64,000 nucleotides of DNA, taken from the human T2T-CHM13v2.0 reference genome, Homo sapiens. The position numbers and the translations under genes are program-made. The notes below the pieces were generated by a model that was given only the letters and a program-made list of their open reading frames with translations, ran no database searches and had not been told where the DNA came from. Positions 33,812 to 54,748 of the stretch are shown here, in pieces. Position 1 is the first letter of the stretch. Each line of letters opens with the position of its first letter. The DNA is taken from assembly GCF_009914755.1 (NCBI RefSeq), contig NC_060935.1. One strand, written 5' to 3'.

Positions 33812-36093
33812 CCAGTTTCTTGTTTTTTTTTCCAACGAAACTTTAACTGAAATTATATATATATATAAATGAAAGAATTGACAGGGTTTGGTGACAGATT
33901 AGATATGAGGATTGAAGGAACAAGAGAAGCCAAAGATTAGGGTTCCTGTAACAACAGCTAGCATTTATAGAATGCTTATCATGAGCCCATTTCTGTGCTA
34001 AACACTTTACATGTATTATCTCATTTAATCTTTATTGCAACCGTGGTAGATACTATCATGATCCCATTTTGAAGGATGCAAATGAAGCTTTAAAAGTTAT
34101 ATTATACCCATTCATTGCATCTAGTGAGTGGTGGAGCAGAAAACTCAGGCAGTCTGACTCCATGGTCCCAAACCCTGTTTTTATCCTGGTTCTAAGAGAT
34201 TTATAGTCTCCTAGGTAATAAATGGGAGTAGTTTTAGTTATAGAAATGGGGCCACTGGAAAGGAAACATCTGTTGCAATGGATAGGTATTTTTGTCTGTA
34301 TTTTTAAGATGAAGAAACCAAGGTAAGGATCCATGAAGTGACCTCATTTCCCAGTTGTTGGGTTTTTTTCTCCTTTTGTCCAGTGCTCAGGGACCTGACT
34401 TTAACCCTTGTTCTTACCAAAGGACAGTTTAAATACAATCTAATATGTTTCAAAATAAAGAATAATGCTTATAAAAATCAAAATTATGGTTAGATCCTTG
34501 GTTTTCTCATTCAGAGGTCCTCAGATAAGGCTGTTTTCCTCAGATTGATTTGCCTTGGACATTTTTTAATGATGAACTGTAAATCCTAGGGTTAGAATAG
34601 GTTATAGCCCTAGTCATTGTTTGGCTATATAGTGCTTCATACACTGAAATTAGGATATCCAGTTCTCCAATAAAAAGGAAAACAGAACTGAAGCATTTGG
34701 GTAAATAATGCCTCAAAAATATCATTCAGGTAAGCATTTCATTACTGGTCCCTTTCCCTGCCTCATGTTAGTCTTCGAAGCCTCTCCTAGGCACACTCTT
34801 GCTGGGATCTGAGTAGTTTATGAGCCCTGAAATAGACAAGGAAATTGATCTCAGACTCTCAATATGAAATTCAAGTAGGCTTTTATGTCTGTAAAGTAGA
34901 TGGCATTCTGGGAATTGTAGTTCAAAAACAAAACTGTCAAAGCTTGCCTTAAAACCAAGGAAAATTTCTTTCTTCTTGCTTTTATAATCAATAATTTTAA
35001 AAGCTGCCTGACAAATCACTTGAGTCCTACACTTGTGTTTTGATGTTACTAGAACCTCCTCAAAGCAATTATTCCCTTGTATCTGACCAAAGTCAAGCCA
35101 TAGTTCAATGTATATGGATGAGAGAAAACCTTTTACTTAATGGAATTTGGAGCAGCATTGACTGTAGTGAATAAATGAAGAGTGGAGAGGGGATCTTCAC
35201 GTGATAATCCTTAAACCCCACTCCAGAACTGGCCTTATGACACTCAGCACTCACGAAGAAAGAGATCTGTGTAATTCCTAGAGCATTAGAAACAACCTCT
35301 TCAGTCCTGGGGACTTCTGAAACCTTGTATATTAAAAAAAAAAAAAAATCAGAGAGCAGCCATACAGTACTTTATATGTGTTTAATAAGGTCTTGTTAAC
35401 AGGAATATTTATATAATTAGCTACCATTTGTAAAACTCTTTGCTTTATATATACAATCTCATTTATCCTTACAGGAGCCTCTTGGATAGGCATTATTATC
35501 CCCATTTTGCAGATAAGGAACTGCAGATCTGAGAGCTGTATAGGTATACGTAATTACTAGATAGTAGAGCCAGAAATTAAATTGACCTCTCTCCAAACGC
35601 TAAAGCCTGAGCCACTAATTACAAGTATTCAGATAGGTAATCAAGGATTGAGCTGATAGAGGATTCTATTTCACTATCCAGTAAAAATTAAAACTATGAC
35701 AATTTCAATATAGATTAAACTGAGGCCAGAGTAAATATGCATGTAAAATGATAAACTTCAGGAAAGTAATAAACATTTTTAGAGGATACTGTGACCTCAG
35801 AGTAGATAGACATGAATTATATTTTCCTTTGGGCTGGGAGGTCATAGTAGCCATTATTCTTCAGCACTTGTCCTGGGAAACAAATGTTTTCATGCAGTGA
35901 GGTCTGCAGTGCTTTCCTCTCTGATCACTTCTGACCATAGCCTCCACAAAAGGGCCCATATTCTGTCTAAGAAACCACCTTGTATTATAAATTAATAGGA
36001 GGGAGATAGGCACATGAGGAATTACTAGTTAAATTGAGTATCCAGAATTGTCTGCAAGTTAAAAAAAAAAGGGACTCATAATAATCTGCATTG

Positions 36094-36384
<291 letters not shown>

Positions 36385-37774
36385 CAATAATCTGCATTTT
36401 TATTGTTGTATATAATTGTTTCTCTCAGATGCTTTCATGTGTGTTGTTTCTGATTAATAATACGAGTCAGGTGAAGTATTGAATGATGACTTCTAGGGCT
36501 TGAAGAGTGACATTGGATAACCAAAAGAGACCACAGGTAGAGAAAGACTTAGGGAAGACCAAAACTCAGGACTTTCATTTCCCCCAAATTTCCCAGGCTG
36601 TTTTGTAGAATGCATCAGGAATATTTAGGCTGAGACTAGACTACTGTGTCTCCATAGGTGGTGCAGAGATTTTTTTCGTACTGATTAGGAGATTAAAGAA
36701 GCATCTGAAGTTAGGTCTAATATGCTAGGACTATTGAGAACATTCTAGGAGCTTTCAGGAGTCAACTTTCATTCCCATTGATTTCTAGCAACATTCATCC
36801 ATGTTGTTTTCTGTTGCCTTTTATTAGATTTTCAATTTAAGGCCATTGTTTTGCCAACCTCTTACAATACATTACACTACCTGCCATGTTCTAGAGGTTT
36901 CCATGCAGTATTCTGGGAGTAGCTACTAGTATTTATTTATTTATTTCTGATCACATGAGAATAGTTATATCAGAGGAGTGACTTTTTGTTGCAGGTATTA
37001 GTCATTTCTGTTTTCTGTTCATTCATTTACTCACAAACTATGCTTTAGTTAAACCCCGACACACTCCTCAGAGCAGGCATGGTGCCATCGTAACAGATGA
37101 GCAGTCATAGAGGGAAGTAAAGGGTGTGCATGGGCATGAATTGTAGCTATTAAAGGCTGAGTCCCCGCCAGAAATGCTAAAGCCATAGTGACTCCTGAGG
37201 CTTGTTGCCCCCGGAGACAACCACTAGTTCCTTCCTAGGTTATTTCAAAACTGGGATGCATTATTGCGTTAAAATAAGTACATACATAGTGAGTTCAAAA
37301 CCTCATAAAGTGTGATTTATTTAAATTTAAATGACCTACAACGCTGTGAGTTTATCAAGAGGATCAAGAAGATCATAATGAAATGACTAAAGGGATGCTT
37401 TAATTCATGACCTTTGCCTCTTCATTTATTTCTACTCCCTGACAAGTTTGAAAATATAGAAAACTTTAATATATTTTTTTAATATATGGAATTAAAAATA
37501 AATGATTTTCCCAACACTTCCATATATTGCTAGGTTTTGCCTGATAGGCCCAATCCAACTAATAAAGTAATGGATTATTAGAGCTGTTAGGGCTGTCAAA
37601 GGTCAGCCCATTCCCTTTATTTATTGTACAGAGGAGGAACCCAAGACCTAGAGTGGTGGAAAGACTTGCCCAAGCTCACATGGCTGGTTAGTGCTTGGAC
37701 TAGAACCCAGGTGTCAAGACCACTCCATTGCCTTCTTATGATATCACAGCTGCCTTGCAATTTTAATGCTGCTA

Positions 37775-38297
<523 letters not shown>

Positions 38298-40559
38298 CTA
38301 AATACTGTGTCATACAGCATTTCCCTTGTGAAGATGCAGCCTTGGTTTCACATGACATAATCTTAATAGAAGTGAGGTACTAGAATTTTACATTGCAATT
38401 ACAAACATGTCTTCTTTAGATAATTTTCATTTAACTCACAGATTGTTCTTGAATCAAGACTGGTACTATTAAGAACCCAGGAGAAATATCTGGTATTCTG
38501 CAGTCACAAATCTGTTATCAAAGAAAAAAAAAGGACTTTGGTTGAAATTATCCAAATTATGTATTTTTATAAATAAAATTCACTAAATAACAATCCGGCC
38601 TCTTTAGTGTGTTCCTATAGACAGTCTTTGACCTTCATTTCATTAAAGCATCCTTTTTTCTATTAAAATGCTTAAATTTTTAGCAGAATAAATGCCTGCA
38701 TTAAATAAAATTTTCTGGATTGCAAATAACCTTCACAAAGCATTTCAGCATATTTGTGGAACCATTTTATTTCATATTTACAGAAGTGAATTTTTAATCT
38801 TTCGGATTTATTTCATTTTATTTACTTAAAAGCTATTGATAAGAAGATTAAGGTGAGCATAGAATTCAGAAATCCTTGGAAACAATGATCAGTTTTATAG
38901 TTCCTTAAAGAAGCATTAAAAACTTTACACTTAAACAAAAATTGAATTTGCTGTTCATATGCATAAAAGATTTAATGGCATATAAATTGGGAATAATTAT
39001 TCTGTTTAAAAGGATTAAATTAAACCTAAATCAATAATAACATGTGCAGTTTCAATTTAACTGCGTACTTAAAATGAAGTGACAAATAAATAACAGCTAA
39101 ATGCTTAATAGCAATGCTTTTATTCCCCTCCTCAACAGGCAAAATGGCCAGTTATTGAATATTTTATTGTGAGTGCAAAGGATGTTAATTGTACTAGAAA
39201 CATGCTCTAATTTTAGTAATTTTTTGATTGAATACAATATTGAATATGAGGCTCTTCATTAAATGGAGACTTTATTTTATTTGGTTTGAAGTTATCACAG
39301 TAAGTACTCAAATATGGTCCATTAAAGCCAGCAAATATCATGGCATATGCATGTGAAACCGTCCCCCACTCCCTTCCTCTCTGCCTCCGTTTCTAACCTA
39401 GGCATCTGAAGAGCAGACTCTGCATCTGCTGTCTGAACAGTAACAAAAGAGTTGTGTACTCATTTTCTGTGTAACCTTTCTATCAAATGGGGAGGAAAAG
39501 AGGTGCATGTTTTGTGTGCAGATGATGACTAATGAAAGGGCACTTCACACTCATTTTGTCCCAGTGTTGACCTGGACCACAAAACACAATGGAGCTTCCA
39601 AGCACACAAGCTCAGTACAATGGGGTTCTTCAGTATCATGTTCTATTTTGACCATTAGATTTGTTCCTGTGAAGTATTACAGCTTTCTAGGCTCATGATT
39701 TTGCAAAACATAACCTCCTATTTGTCTCCACATGTGTTTTCCATCCAGAAAGGAGAGAAAGGGGATGTTTAAGATAGTCTTTTCAGGTGTAAATGGTGCA
39801 ACGTAATTAAAACTCTTATAAGAGCCACATCTTCAGGCTCTACCCTTATATATACACATTCTTAGAGTTTCTCTGATTCAAAAACATTTTTCTCAGCCAG
39901 AGCAACTCATTTAGTCTGGCGTGTTTCTAAACCCTTTGTATTTTCTAGGTTCCACTTAAAACATCAATCTTTTCTGTAGTGGGTGATATTGCTTCTACAG
40001 CCATTTAAGAATGGAAATTTGGCTTGAACCCAGGTGGCTGAGGTTGCAGTGAGCTGAGATCGCACCACTGCACTCCAGCCTGGGCGACAGAGGAAGACTC
40101 TGTCTCAAAAAAAAAAAAAAAAAAAAAAAAGGAAATTTGCTGAGGCTAGAAATTACAGCTTTTTCAGAAGGTCTAAAATAATTTAATTCTTGGAGTTTTA
40201 CCTTATTCATCATCTTTCAGCAATTGTTAAAATGTTTCATCATGTGAAAGTACTTACGTTTCTTAATCCCATTCCCTAAATTGTGGTTTGGCCATTCTCC
40301 ACCGTGCCTAAGTCGTGATTAAAAACTGGATTTTTAAAGATGGGTGTTAATTCTTTCAGGCCATTAGGGAACCACTTAGTGTATCACAAGACAACTTTGT
40401 GCCCTGGAAATAAGTTAAGCCCTGGGGAGAGAAGAATCCCTTGAGATCCATCACCAGAAGCACAATACACAACAACGGTGTTATGTCACGGGGACTGAAT
40501 GTGACGTACAGCAAGCAAGGCTAGTGCTGGAGCTCTCTGACACGTGCTTCCACAGGTAG

Positions 40560-41440
<881 letters not shown>

Positions 41441-44400
41441 TTTCTCAGAACCAAAATAATCCATATTATCATACAGAGAAACAAAGCACCGCAATATTAC
41501 ATGTGACGGAAGGAGGTCTGTAGTCATGACTGTAGAAACTATGCCCTTATCAGCTGATGCTGGTTAAATACCACGACCAGTATGAGTGCACCAGTTTTCT
41601 TAGCATAACGGCACAGATGGAAACCAGAAAATCTATTTCCTTAAACTGAAGACTACCTAATTTTTAAAAATAGTGGGCATTACTCAGTTATTCATTCTTT
41701 CATGAGTCTATCATAGGATCATAGAACAGTGGAGTTGGAATGGACTTTGCGATATCATCTAGCAATTGAATGTGGAAATAAGAGGCTAACATATTTTTGT
41801 GATAAGTCACATCCTCCTGTTTTAAATACCCATAACGTCCTGTATTTCTTTACACATCGAATTCATTAGTTGATTACTGTATTACTGTTGGTGCATAAAG
41901 CCTGTCCTCCTCATTGAAGGGTAAGATCCAGCAGCCTGCTTCTGTTTTCCTTGCTGCTGTATCTTCTGTGCCTAAGATTCTGCCTGTATGTAGGGAGGTG
42001 TTCCATGCTTATCTGTTGACCGACTGATCCATTCGCTGATTCACATAAGGCAGACACTGCAACCTACTTTCTTCACTGTCACCTATGGGAATAGCTGCAG
42101 GGTACAATGCAACATGATGTGCAGGAGCCCGATCCAGAGCAGACTGCCAGGCTCTGTGACCTTGGGAGATGTACATAAGCCCTCTAAGCCTCAGTTTCCT
42201 CGTCTGTTAAATGGGGGTAATAATAGTACTTCCCTTAACATTGTTCCAAGGAAAAAAAACTGAAGACTCACAACAAACATTCCCTAGATCATCAAACAGT
42301 AACACGTGCTCCCTTTCCACATCCCACTCCTGAGTGAGTAGCAGAACAGTGATCCCCAGTGTTGTCACCTGTGAAAGGTGGCCAGCCCTGCTCTAAACAG
42401 TACAAAGTAGAGGATTACTTGTTCTAAGTTTTCCAAAAAGGACTTCATAGCCTCTGTAGATAATCCCTTCCAGAAAGTCCTCACTTTGGCTGTCCAAATG
42501 TATTTACATCTTACTAAAATCTTTGCTTGCTAATTAACTCTCTGGTTAATTTTGTTAAGCCCGAGCTGCTTCAAGTGTTTGCAACGTCCCTCGAGATCTG
42601 ACCTTTGCTTGCCCTTGAGCTGTGCTCCTCGACCTGCCCTCCTCTCACCCTCCATTTTGTCCACACAGAATTTGTTCTATGAAAGCACCACATTGTCTCT
42701 GCCTCCTCTCCTTTTTACATGCTGTTCCCTCAGCCTGGCATAGACTTCCTGCCCTCTCAGCCTTAGCTCTGAGCCACGCCAGCACTTCCTCCAGAAGGCT
42801 TTCCCTGACCTCCCAAGATAGGACTGGATGTCCCTCTGTGTCCCTATGGCCCGGTGCTCCTCATCAGAGCACAGATCACTCCAAAGTGTCAATTACTGTT
42901 TCCTGGTCTGTATCCCCTACTAGGCTGTGTGTCCGCTGCTTCACCATCTACCACTATTCCTGTAGCTTCGTAAGGGCTCGATAAATAAATACCTGCTGAA
43001 TCAATGAATGAGCAAATTGAATTAAGAAAGTTAAATTCAGTTTTTTTCTTTCATCACAGCATAAATATGGGAAAATAGCACCTTTCTTTACAAAAAAAAA
43101 TCTGTATTTACTTGAAGATAATAATTGAGCTTTCTTCCCCACCTGAACAACCACAGTTGAAACTTATGTTTAATTCAGCACAAGATAAGCCCTAAAAATC
43201 ATTCCCTAATTTGGTCTAATGCAAGAAGCCTTTACATGTTTAGATTCGAATTTATTACTATTGATTTTTAAAAATAAATATTTATGCTGTATTTGTGTTG
43301 ACTAGAATATTTTTAGAAAAGGAGTTATTTATTCAAGAAGTATTTATTGACTCTTCTGTCCATAGCACAGTGCAGCATACTAGGGCAGAAGTTAGGAAAC
43401 GAAAGATCACTTGCAGTCCCCGCTGCCTGGGAATTTGTCTAGTGAGGAGACAAGATTATCACAGTGAAAAATTAAGTAAGCACAAACATAGAGCACTTTA
43501 AGACACATTCTCTCATGTTGATCCTCATTCAGTCCTGAGAAATAAAACAAATAGAATTTATCCCGATTTATAGATGAGAAAAACTGAATCAGAGATGACT
43601 GATTTGCCAACCAATGCAGAACAGGTAGTGACAGATGGAGAACGTGAGCCCAGGTCTGTGCCCTGCCGGACACTGCTGGACCCCATGTCCCATATCCCTG
43701 CCCCATGATGCTTAAGGGTCAAGTGAAAGGCAGGGACAGGAAACACTGTGAGTTCCTAGGACAGTGCATCACTTGGGAGAAACCTCCCCGTCAAAGCCCC
43801 AGAGGCAGGTGACCCTGCAGTGCAGCGAGGTTTTAGGCATCCCATTTTCTAACAAATGTAGACCATTCCCATTTTGCTGAAGAAGAGGAGCATCTCTCTT
43901 CTCTTGTTGGAAAAGGAGGTGCGACTTATTTCAAGAAGTTCCTCATCATAATATGTGAACTAAAAAATTCAAAATGACAATTCAGCAAGGCGTGACAGTT
44001 TTGGCTTTTTGCTCCAGTTGTTGCTTTACATCAAATCAAAGAAACCTGGGTCCACATTAAGAAAAGTAAATTAACATTAGGGGGACCATTAGTTTGTTTA
44101 CCCAGCATACAATTATGTCCTCTGTAAACGGGAATATCAAATAGCATAAAAAGCCCGGGTGATTTACATTTTCTTTTTGATTAGAGGGTTGCATCTACTG
44201 TACTCAAGGAAGGAAAATCTCTCCCATTTAGCTTTTGAAGATCAAAGAGGCCATTAAATATGCCATACTACCAGCTTTTTTTTTTTTTTTTTTTTTTTTT
44301 GGTTAAGACTGGGGGTGCTTTACAAATTGAGATTGTCATGGGGAAAAGGGAGACTTTATATTGGGTCACATGAACTGATTATAGGTTAGTTCGTTTTTCT

Positions 44401-44703
44401 CAGGCAGGACCGTATGCTTAACCTTTTATTCAAATAGGCCCCTCCTGCAGTGTCAAGTACATTCTGACCTATCGACTGAGCTTCGTGTGCATAGCTGACA
44501 GCCAAGAGGCTATGAACCTTTCAGTGAGCCGTGATCTGGTCTGATTTGAAGCCTCGGGGATCTTTCTGTAGTACATTAGATACACGCTACAAAGACAAAA
44601 TGAAGTGAAAAGCAAAATCACTGAAAAGAAGAATGAATCTACGTAGGTATGCAGTCAAGATAAAACCGTGCTTTCCCCCAAAAAGGAGCAGTCTGAAGCA
44701 AAT

Positions 44704-44717
44704 GTTGTCTAGGCAAC
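44704..44717. promoter_or_regulatory. RFX X-box GTTGTCTAGGCAAC in JHY intron 2
   Basis: One mismatch from the palindrome GTTGCCTAGGCAAC. Confidence 0.55.
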
Positions 44718-44754
44718 AATTCACAGTTCTCTTTCTAAACAGCAGATGTCTATA

Positions 44755-46965
<2,211 letters not shown>

Positions 46966-47242
46966 TATTACCAGCCAAAGTGTGAAACATAGTTTTATCT
47001 TCACCAGCTGAAATACTGAGTCATTGTTGGTGTACGTAAGTAATCGCATTCATTGAACCACAGTGATTATTTGTTTAACATTATAGATATCTGTTTTTCA
47101 GTTGTCTTCTGACACTTAGAAATTAATTGTCCCCCATTTTTATTCCATATTTCAATGAACTTGGATAATTAAGGCCTTTCGCCCTTATGTGTAGTGTGTG
47201 GGTCTAATTTGGGCCTGGGATCTGTCTTTATGTTTATTAATC

Positions 47243-47548
47243 AATTAATTTATTTATTTTAAGAGACAAGGTCTCACGCTGTCTCCCAGGCTGGAGTGCA
47301 GTGTCGTGATTATAGCTCACTGTAGCCTCTAACTCCTTAGCTCAAGCAATCCTCCCACCTCAGCCTCCTGAGTAGCTGGGACTACAGGTACGACACCATA
47401 CCCAGCTAATTTTTTTAAAAAATTTGTTGTAAAGATGGAGTCTCGCTGTGTTGCCCAGGCTGGTTTTGAACTCCTTGCTTCAAGCGATCCTCCTGCCTCG
47501 GCTTCCCAAATTGTTGGGATTACAGGTATGAGCCACTGCACGCTGCTG
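47243..47548 (-). mobile_element. Alu (AluJ-like) just upstream of JHY exon 3
   Basis: Alu motifs. Confidence 0.85.
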
Positions 47549-47640
47549 GGATTTGTGTTTAGCATACAGATAATAAAAGGAAAACTATAGGAGAAAGACT
47601 GAGATTGATTTCAAATAAAATGTTCAACTGACTATAATGA

Positions 47641-48294
<654 letters not shown>

Positions 48295-48937
48295 TAAGAT
48301 GACGATGTCATAGCAGCCACCTAGCTGGGTAAAACAAACGCTTCCATAGGCTATCCTGTATGTTTATGTTTATTCCATAAATTCTTATGACCAAAATAAA
48401 AGCCACCAATGGTTTACAGTGTAATTGCTACAAGTCGATTATTGCTATAAGTCAATTATTATATCCAAAATTGCTATAATTGCTATAAGTAATTATAAGT
48501 CCATTGTTATGTCAGTTATTATATCCGAAATTCTCCATTCAAAGAAATCTGGAACTTTTTAAAACTGTGTTTTCCAAATGATAAAATATAGAACTTAAGC
48601 ATTTGATTCCCTGTGTTGATTTCCTTTGTTACCACTATAGCAGAGGTTTTCAACCCTGTTAAATGCCCCAGCACATTGTGGGTGACATGGAACATGCCCC
48701 AGCTCACATACAGAAGCGATTCTCAACTCAGATTCTGTATACATATTGGGCGGTCGGGGAGTGGGTAGGGTACAACATAAGGTGGGTTTTTTTTTTCAAT
48801 CTTCAGATGTTTCTATAAACCCCATTGAAAATCACATCATTTGTTATTGTCCTGTGTAAATGATATGATATGATTAAACATTAGTCTCTTTATTTGTAAA
48901 ATTGGGACAGTAATAAATGCCTTCTCTTCCTCATCAG

Positions 48938-48997
48938 GTCATTTTGAGAGTAAATTCTCTCCCACGTGATGGATTCAAAACCTTTTGGAGCCAGTAA
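48938..48997 (+). CDS. JHY: Probable JHY alternative terminal exon (VILRVNSLPRDGFKTFWSQ-stop), short ~307-aa isoform
   Basis: Acceptor ccttctcttcctcatcag|, phase 0 matches exon 3, TAA at 48995; agrees with my recollection of a short C11orf63 isoform. Confidence 0.6.
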   Translation, partial: VILRVNSLPRDGFKTFWSQ

Positions 48998-49351
48998 ACT
49001 TAGTTCCATTTCACAGGTGCACATAAAGACCTTCCTGCCCACCTCCTATGGACATGTCCAGGGATACAGGACAAGAGTGGGGTTAGAATGGTAGAGTCCA
49101 CCACTCTTACTGGAAAGAGCTTGAGATTTATCACCTGCTAATGTGAGGTCATTTTCAAATACAAAGGAGAGGTTATTATGTTAAATGTGGTTGCCCTTAG
49201 ACCTATTCCAAATCCCAACTGGTATTTTTTTTTAACATATTCTAACCTGTTCTAACCTCTAAGCATTTTCTAATGGAACAAAATAGATGAGGTGGATGAA
49301 CATTTGTGGCTTTTCTTCAGAGACTCCCTTTTTTGTCTTAAAGAATTACGT

Positions 49352-50260
<909 letters not shown>

Positions 50261-51265
50261 TGAAAAATGTTTATAGCCAGTAATTTATCTCAAACTAGGA
50301 CAATATTTTTCATTATTAAAAAGTGTTCTCAAAAGAAGCTGATCCGGAAGGAGAACATTTGGGGGTTTTCTTCATTCAGAAACTCTCTTTTTAGTCTGAG
50401 GTCAAAAGAAATAGTTTTATTTCCAATAATAAAAGGGAAAAATATTTATTATGAACTCTTTAATTGTTGATTTATTAATCGCTATTTTTGTTAGTAGTTA
50501 TAAGTTAATTTACTAAACAATTTTAGGGTGTATTGATTGTCAGTGATTCCACAGCTGAATTTTCTTTTCTTTGTGCCATGGAGGAAACTTTCTTTAAGCT
50601 CTTATATTACTCTCTGAAGGGGCCATTGACTTTTCCCACCACTTTCTCCAAGTTCAAATATCTAAAGGCTAATTGTATTTAAAATTGTTCCTTTACCATT
50701 TTCCAATATATATGTACTTCTTCTTGCTCCTATTATTTTTTTAAGAGATGACTCCTATTATTTTTTTGAGACGGGATCTTGCTATGTTGCTGGAGTGTAG
50801 TTGCTATGCAGGATTCGATCATCACACACTGCAGCCTTGAACTCCTGGGCTCAAGTGATCCTCTTGCCTTAGACACCTGAGTGACTGGGACTATAGGTGT
50901 GCATCACTGACCTGGCTTCCTATTACTTTAAAAAGAATAGAGATGAGTTTGACCTAACAGTGACATAATGATATGTGTAACTTAGTGAATTCTAGTCAGT
51001 AGCATAAACTGATGTGTTTTTTTTTTTGAACCGTTATTCATATGTAGACGTGTGTGTGTCTCTCCTCCCGATACAGATTATATGTTCCCTATGGGTAGGA
51101 GCTAGGGTTTGTGCTCATTTTTAATCTTCATAGTCACTAGCCTAAGACACTGAAAAGGCTGAGTAAACATAAGGGAAATTAAAAATGTATCTCTTCCATC
51201 ACCTCCAAACTGTCTACTCTTTATTATAACTTGAAGTTTGTATGGGGGGAATGGCATTTCTAGAG

Positions 51266-52300
51266 CAGTAGTTTGCTAACCTGGCTAGATATCAGAATCA
51301 CCTGAGAATTTTTAAAAGTGATTTTTTTGACCAGGTGCGGTGGCTCACGCCTGTAATCCTAGCACTTTGGGAGGCCAAGGCGGGCAGATCCCCTGAAGTT
51401 GGGAGTTCGAGACCAGCCTGACCATCATGGAGAAAACCCGTCTCTATTAAAAATACGAAATTAGCCTGGCATGGTGGAGCATGCCTGTAATCCCAGCTAC
51501 TCGGGAGGCTGAGGCAGGAGAATCGCTCGAACCCAGGGCGGTGAGCCGAGATTGCACCATTGCACTCCAGCCTGGGCAACAAGAGTGAAACTCTATCTCA
51601 AAAAAAAAAAAAAAAAAGGTGATTTTTTTTTTTGCTTCACTCAGACCAATTTAAATCTCTGAGAACCTGAGCAACAGTTTTTCTTTTTTGTTTTTTTTAT
51701 AAAACTCCTTGAGTATTTCTAATGTGAAGCCAGGTTTGAGAAGCATTGTTCCAGAATAGAGCAGTGGTTCTCAGCCTTGGTTTCACATTGGAATCAACTG
51801 GAGAATTTAAAAAGTATTGATTCCCTAGATGAACCACTGAAATTCCAGTTCAGCTCATCTGGGTTGCACTCTAAATATGGGGAGTCCGCCACACTCCCCA
51901 GGTGATTCTAATATTTAGCCAAGATTGAGAATCACCGATCTAGAGCAGTGGTTCCTAAACATTAGAGTGCACCAGAATCATCTGGAGGGCTTATTTAAAA
52001 AGCTTGATGGACCTCATCCCCCCAAATTTCTGATTCAGCAGGTGTAGGGTGGGACCCAGGGATCTGAATTTTCTGCATGGCCCAAGGTGTTACTGCTGCT
52101 GCCATCAGGCCTACACTTTGAGAACCACTGATCTTTTCCTTCTCACAATTTAAAGTGCTTATGAACCACTTTAGATGCTTGTGAAAATACAGATTGTGAT
52201 CCAGTAGGTCTGGGGTGAGATGCAGAGTGTGCATTTCTGACAAGTTCCCAGGAGATGCAAGGCTGGTGGTCCATGGACCTCACTTTGATGAGCAAGGGGC
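51266..52300. mobile_element. Tandem array of four MER5-family (hAT-Charlie) MITEs, the first interrupted by an Alu (51329-51617)
   Basis: Repeated cagtggttc...ttgagaaccactg units separated by tctagag-type spacers. Confidence 0.75.
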
Positions 52301-52408
52301 TAGAACAGAGAACACAAAGGTTTTATCAAAATCTAAAAGTCAGAGTTGAATAAGTCATTATCTACAGAGCATTGATGTTTTCCATGGCTGATAGGATTAT
52401 TCAGTTGA

Positions 52409-54440
<2,032 letters not shown>

Positions 54441-54734
54441 AATGGAAAAATAGCAACAAAAATAGGAGGAGACATTTATAGTATAAATTTTGTAGTAACC
54501 CTTATAACTTCACACCCCTGATTGCTAACCTCCTAAATTGCATTTTATGCTTGTAATTAATGGCTTAGGGTAGAACTATTGATTTTTAAAGTCAATTGTT
54601 CTATAGTCTTTTTACCATTTTGCATAGATCTGCTGATTGTACATTAACATACATTGGAAAAATCACCTTTGAATACATGACAAAATCTTAATCACATGAT
54701 GTGTGAAGCGAGGAACCGATGTAAAAACCAACAC

Positions 54735-54748
54735 ACACTAGAGGGCAC
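54735..54748 (+). promoter_or_regulatory. Candidate CTCF site ACACTAGAGGGCAC
   Basis: Matches core CCASYAGRKGGCRS except position 1; lies in unique sequence with local CpGs. Confidence 0.55.

Noticed and set aside
44168-44210. Faint resemblance to the U4atac snRNA 5' end (gggttgcatctactgt)
   Set aside because: Only ~18 nt with gaps, and the rest of the snRNA is absent; chance match.
51258-52306. Repeat-spacer appearance reminiscent of a CRISPR array
   Set aside because: Units are ~180-bp eukaryotic MER5 MITEs; no constant short repeats or cas genes.
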